Under the pieces are notes generated by a model that was not told the DNA's origin, searched no databases, and saw only the letters and a list, made by a program, of their open reading frames with translations. From an uncultured Formosa sp. (GTDB lineage Bacteria; Bacteroidota; Bacteroidia; Flavobacteriales; Flavobacteriaceae), in the NCBI RefSeq assembly GCF_947500765.1, contig NZ_CANMTH010000011.1, positions 14,968 to 78,967 on the forward strand: DNA of 64,000 bases, read 5' to 3'. Positions 60,577 through 64,000 of this stretch are shown here, one piece after another. Numbering within the stretch: position 1 is the first letter of the stretch; every line of letters begins with the position of its first letter. Position numbers and translations under genes: made by a program.

Positions 60577-61440
60577 TTAATGGTATAGGCCAAACATTTT
60601 AGTAGCCTCATTATAAGCACTTTCAAAACTTAGTGCATTTAATTGATTTACTTTTTTTGTTGTAAAGTATGACAACAACTTTTCGGTTGGCATATTCCCT
60701 GTTAACTCATCTTTAGCCATTGGGCAACCTCCTAACCCTTGAATAGCACCATCAAATCGTGTACAGCCGGACTTGTAAGCCGCGTCTACTTTTTCAAACC
60801 ACGAATTTGGTGTAGTATGTAAATGTGCTCCAAATTCTATATTTGGATATAACGGTATTAAATTAGAAAACAAATAGTGTATGGTCTCTGGATCTGAGCT
60901 TCCTACAGTATCACTTAACGAGAGTATTTTTACTCCCATTTTACTTAAACGCTCTGTCCATTCGGCAACAATATCTACATTCCAAGGATCTCCGTAAGGA
61001 TTACCAAATCCCATAGAGATATAAACAACCACTTCTTTATTACGTTGCTCTGCAATATTCAAGATCTCTTGTAAAGTCTCTACAGATTCAGCAATGGTTT
61101 TATGCGTATTACGCATTTGAAAGTTTTCTGAAATTGAAAACGGATAGCCTAAATAATCTATTTCTTTATGTTTTGAAGCCTCTTCGGCGCCTCTAGTATT
61201 GGCTATAATTGCCAAGAGTTTACTTACTGTTTTAGACAAATCTAATCGAGATAGCACTTCGGCTGTATCTGCCATTTGTGGAATGGCTTTAGGCGACACA
61301 AAACTACCAAAATCGATAGTATCATATCCTACACGCAACAAAGATTGAATGTATTGCACTTTACGTTCGGTAGGAATACATGCTTTTATTCCTTGCATGG
61401 CATCACGCGGACATTCTATTATTTTTACATCTTGAGCCAT
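60577..61440 (-). CDS. Hydroxymethylglutaryl-CoA lyase family protein
   Basis: ECPRDAMQG, GSFVSPKAIPQMAD, HLH, GLGGCPMA. Confidence 0.92.
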   Translation of the reverse strand: MAQDVKIIECPRDAMQGIKACIPTERKVQYIQSLLRVGYDTIDFGSFVSPKAIPQMADTAEVLSRLDLSKTVSKLLAIIANTRGAEEASKHKEIDYLGYPFSISENFQMRNTHKTIAESVETLQEILNIAEQRNKEVVVYISMGFGNPYGDPWNVDIVAEWTERLSKMGVKILSLSDTVGSSDPETIHYLFSNLIPLYPNIEFGAHLHTTPNSWFEKVDAAYKSGCTRFDGAIQGLGGCPMAKDELTGNMPTEKLLSYFTTKKVNQLNALSFESAYNEATKMFGLYH

Positions 61441-61472
61441 TATTTGTTACCGTTTATAATTTAAAAATACCA

Positions 61473-62099
61473 TTATTTTTCTGAAAATAAGATAAAAAAC
61501 GCAATCCCAATGAACACCACAACTTGCATCCATTTTAAAATATGACCAATCCCTTTATGTTGTTTTAAATACGTTGAAATGGAACCTCCTAGAATGGCAA
61601 TCGTTACAAAAACCAAAAATGAGACTCCTATAAAAATAAAACCTAAAATATAGAATTGATATACTGTTCTTAATGAATCACTGAATAAAAACCCTGGAAA
61701 AAAAGCAAGAAAAAAGATGGACACTTTCGGATTTAAGACATTCATTATAAACCCTTGTTTATATAATTGACTCCATGTTTTCTCTGGTACATTTTCTTGA
61801 GTTAACAATACGTTTGCATCACTTTTATAAACCTTAAAAGCCAAATAAATTAAGTATATCGCTCCTAAAAATTTAATGATAAAGAAAATAGTATCTGAAG
61901 CTTTTATAATAGCAGACACACCAAAAGCAACCAAAGTAGTATGTACCAAGCACCCTGAAACCAATCCGCATGCTGTAGCGATACCAAACGACTTACCATT
62001 GGTTATACTTTGCATTAAGACATAAATAACATCTGGCCCAGGAGCAATTGCCAAAACCGAGGTTGCTATGATAAAGGATATTAAAACATCTACATCCAA
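61473..62099 (-). CDS. LysE family translocator
   Basis: APGPD, GAIYLIYLA, GFIMNVLNPK. Confidence 0.92.
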   Translation of the reverse strand: MDVDVLISFIIATSVLAIAPGPDVIYVLMQSITNGKSFGIATACGLVSGCLVHTTLVAFGVSAIIKASDTIFFIIKFLGAIYLIYLAFKVYKSDANVLLTQENVPEKTWSQLYKQGFIMNVLNPKVSIFFLAFFPGFLFSDSLRTVYQFYILGFIFIGVSFLVFVTIAILGGSISTYLKQHKGIGHILKWMQVVVFIGIAFFILFSEK

Positions 62100-62102
62100 A
62101 AG

Positions 62103-63137
62103 TTATGCATGTTTTAAGATTGCCTTATTAATTTTTTTAATTAATCCTGGTCCTTCGTATATAAATCCAGTATAAATCTGTACTAAAGTTGCCCCTGCAT
62201 CTAGTTTTTCTAAAGCATCTTCTGCAGAATGGATTCCTCCTACTCCAATAATAGGAAATGCTTTATTACTTTTTTCACTTAAGTACTTAATAACTGCTGT
62301 ACTTTTATCTTTAACCGGCTGTCCGCTTAACCCACCATTTCCAATAGTTTCCAGTTCTGATTCTGAAGCTTTTAATCCGCTACGGTCTACAGATGTATTC
62401 GATGCTATAACACCATCAAGTTGTGTTTCTTTTACCAATTCAATAATTTCATCTAATTGTACATCATTTAAATCTGGTGCTATTTTAAGTAAGATTGGCT
62501 TTTCTTTTCCAAACGATTTATTTGCTTTTTTTACTGTGCTAATTAATTCTAACAGATAGTCTTTATCGTTTAATTTAGCATGACTACCAACGTTTGGACA
62601 ACTCACATTAAGAACAAAGTAATCTACATATGGGTGCAATGCATTAAAACAAGTCACATAATCTGCAGTGTAGTTTTCTGGTGTAGTTTGGGTGTTTTTT
62701 CCAATATTTCCACCAATAAGTATTTTTCCCTTATTTTTCTTAAGCTGAGTAATTGCAGTCTCGACACCTTCATTATTAAATCCCATACGGTTAATTAAAC
62801 CTTGATCTTCAATAAGTCTAAAAATTCGTTTTTTAGGATTTCCAACCTGTCCGATTGGTGTTACTGTTCCTATTTCTACAAACCCAAATCCGAAGTTTAC
62901 TAGTTCATTATACAACACTGCATTTTTATCGAAACCAGCTGCTAAGCCCACTGGATTTTTAAACGTTAATCCGAAAACATTTCGTTCTAGCTTTTTATCT
63001 TCAATCACGAATAACGATCTAAATATATGAGGTACAAATGGTATTTTAGAGAGAAAACGCACCATAGAAAATGTGAAGTGATGCACCTTCTCAGGATCGA
63101 AACTAAAAAATAAAGGACGAATTAATAACTTATACAT
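62103..63137 (-). CDS. pyrD: Quinone-dependent dihydroorotate dehydrogenase
   Basis: [38 protein letters not shown]. Confidence 0.97.
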   Translation of the reverse strand: MYKLLIRPLFFSFDPEKVHHFTFSMVRFLSKIPFVPHIFRSLFVIEDKKLERNVFGLTFKNPVGLAAGFDKNAVLYNELVNFGFGFVEIGTVTPIGQVGNPKKRIFRLIEDQGLINRMGFNNEGVETAITQLKKNKGKILIGGNIGKNTQTTPENYTADYVTCFNALHPYVDYFVLNVSCPNVGSHAKLNDKDYLLELISTVKKANKSFGKEKPILLKIAPDLNDVQLDEIIELVKETQLDGVIASNTSVDRSGLKASESELETIGNGGLSGQPVKDKSTAVIKYLSEKSNKAFPIIGVGGIHSAEDALEKLDAGATLVQIYTGFIYEGPGLIKKINKAILKHA

Positions 63138-63238
63138 TGCAGTTTTATTTATGCAAAAATACTTTTAAATAAAAAATCCTACAATTCAAAAAGCATAAAT
63201 AATTAATAATAGTATTTTTGTATAAAATTTCACCCCTC

Positions 63239-64000
63239 ATGATAAATAAACAGCACCTTATAAACCGTTTTGTAAGCTACATAACTGTAGATACAGAATC
63301 GGATCCAGAAAGTAACACAACCCCAAGTACAGAGAAACAATGGGATCTTGCCAATGCTCTTGCTGAAGAGTTAAAAACAATTGGTTTAGAAGATGTCTCT
63401 ATAGATGAGAATGCCTACATTATGGCAACTTTACCAAGCAATGTAGACCATGACGTTCCTACAATTGGTTTTATTTCACATTTCGATACCTCTCCAGATT
63501 TTTCTGGCGCTAATGTTAACCCTCAGTTTATAGAAAATTACGACGGAAAAGACATTGTTCTTAGCAAGGAGCAAAACATCATATTATCTCCAGATTATTT
63601 TGAAGATTTACTGCTTTACAAAGGACAAACACTAATTACCACAGATGGAACAACGCTATTAGGAGCAGATGATAAAGCTGGAATTACTGAGATTGTTACA
63701 GCTATGGAATATTTAGTACAACATCCAGAAATTAAACACGGAAAGATTCGTGTTGGCTTTACTCCTGATGAAGAAATAGGTCGCGGAGCTCATAAATTTG
63801 ATGTAGAAAAGTTTGGAGCAGCATGGGCTTACACTATGGATGGTAGTGAAATAGGAGAATTAGAATACGAAAACTTTAATGCTGCTGGAGCCGTAGTTAC
63901 TATAAAAGGGAAAATTGTACATCCTGGTTATGCGAAAGGGAAAATGATAAATTCTATGTACATCGCTACAGAATTTATTAATTCATTACCACGCATAGAA
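63239..64000 (+). CDS. pepT: Peptidase T (tripeptide aminopeptidase), truncated by the window end
   Basis: Translated by hand: [58 protein letters not shown]; absent from the ORF track because it has no stop. Confidence 0.93.
   Translation, partial: MINKQHLINRFVSYITVDTESDPESNTTPSTEKQWDLANALAEELKTIGLEDVSIDENAYIMATLPSNVDHDVPTIGFISHFDTSPDFSGANVNPQFIENYDGKDIVLSKEQNIILSPDYFEDLLLYKGQTLITTDGTTLLGADDKAGITEIVTAMEYLVQHPEIKHGKIRVGFTPDEEIGRGAHKFDVEKFGAAWAYTMDGSEIGELEYENFNAAGAVVTIKGKIVHPGYAKGKMINSMYIATEFINSLPRIE

Overview
AT-rich genomic window from a marine Flavobacteriaceae-type bacterium (Bacteroidota TAnnTTTG promoters, a T9SS cargo protein, Bacteroidota gene order). Most of 17.7-64 kb is housekeeping: dnaB, accA, tgt, split transketolase, aroK, three tRNAs, two aconitases flanking an alpha-2-macroglobulin/PBP1C pair, a PPIase operon with MoxR, guaB, pyrD and a truncated pepT. 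The first 17.5 kb is accessory. It holds an ABC-transporter-dependent surface-glycan locus (wzm/wzt, vioAB-like genes, four glycosyltransferases, a sulfotransferase). Its wzm and wzt genes are split by a 4.4-kb island of palindromic REP-like arrays. The island encloses (i) an intact stand-alone GIY-YIG nuclease and (ii) a divergent two-gene module (small HTH-like protein plus a 249-aa unknown) separated by phased 10- and 11-bp repeats. A second repeat locus (15.5-17.5 kb) is a 616-bp tandem triplication. It carries three copies of a highly structured Flavo-1-like element and shares a palindrome family with the first locus. A Crp/Fnr gene with a clean class II-position operator upstream of a double-spondin lipoprotein is the best regulatory signal. 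All family calls come from motif recognition by eye; no searches were run.
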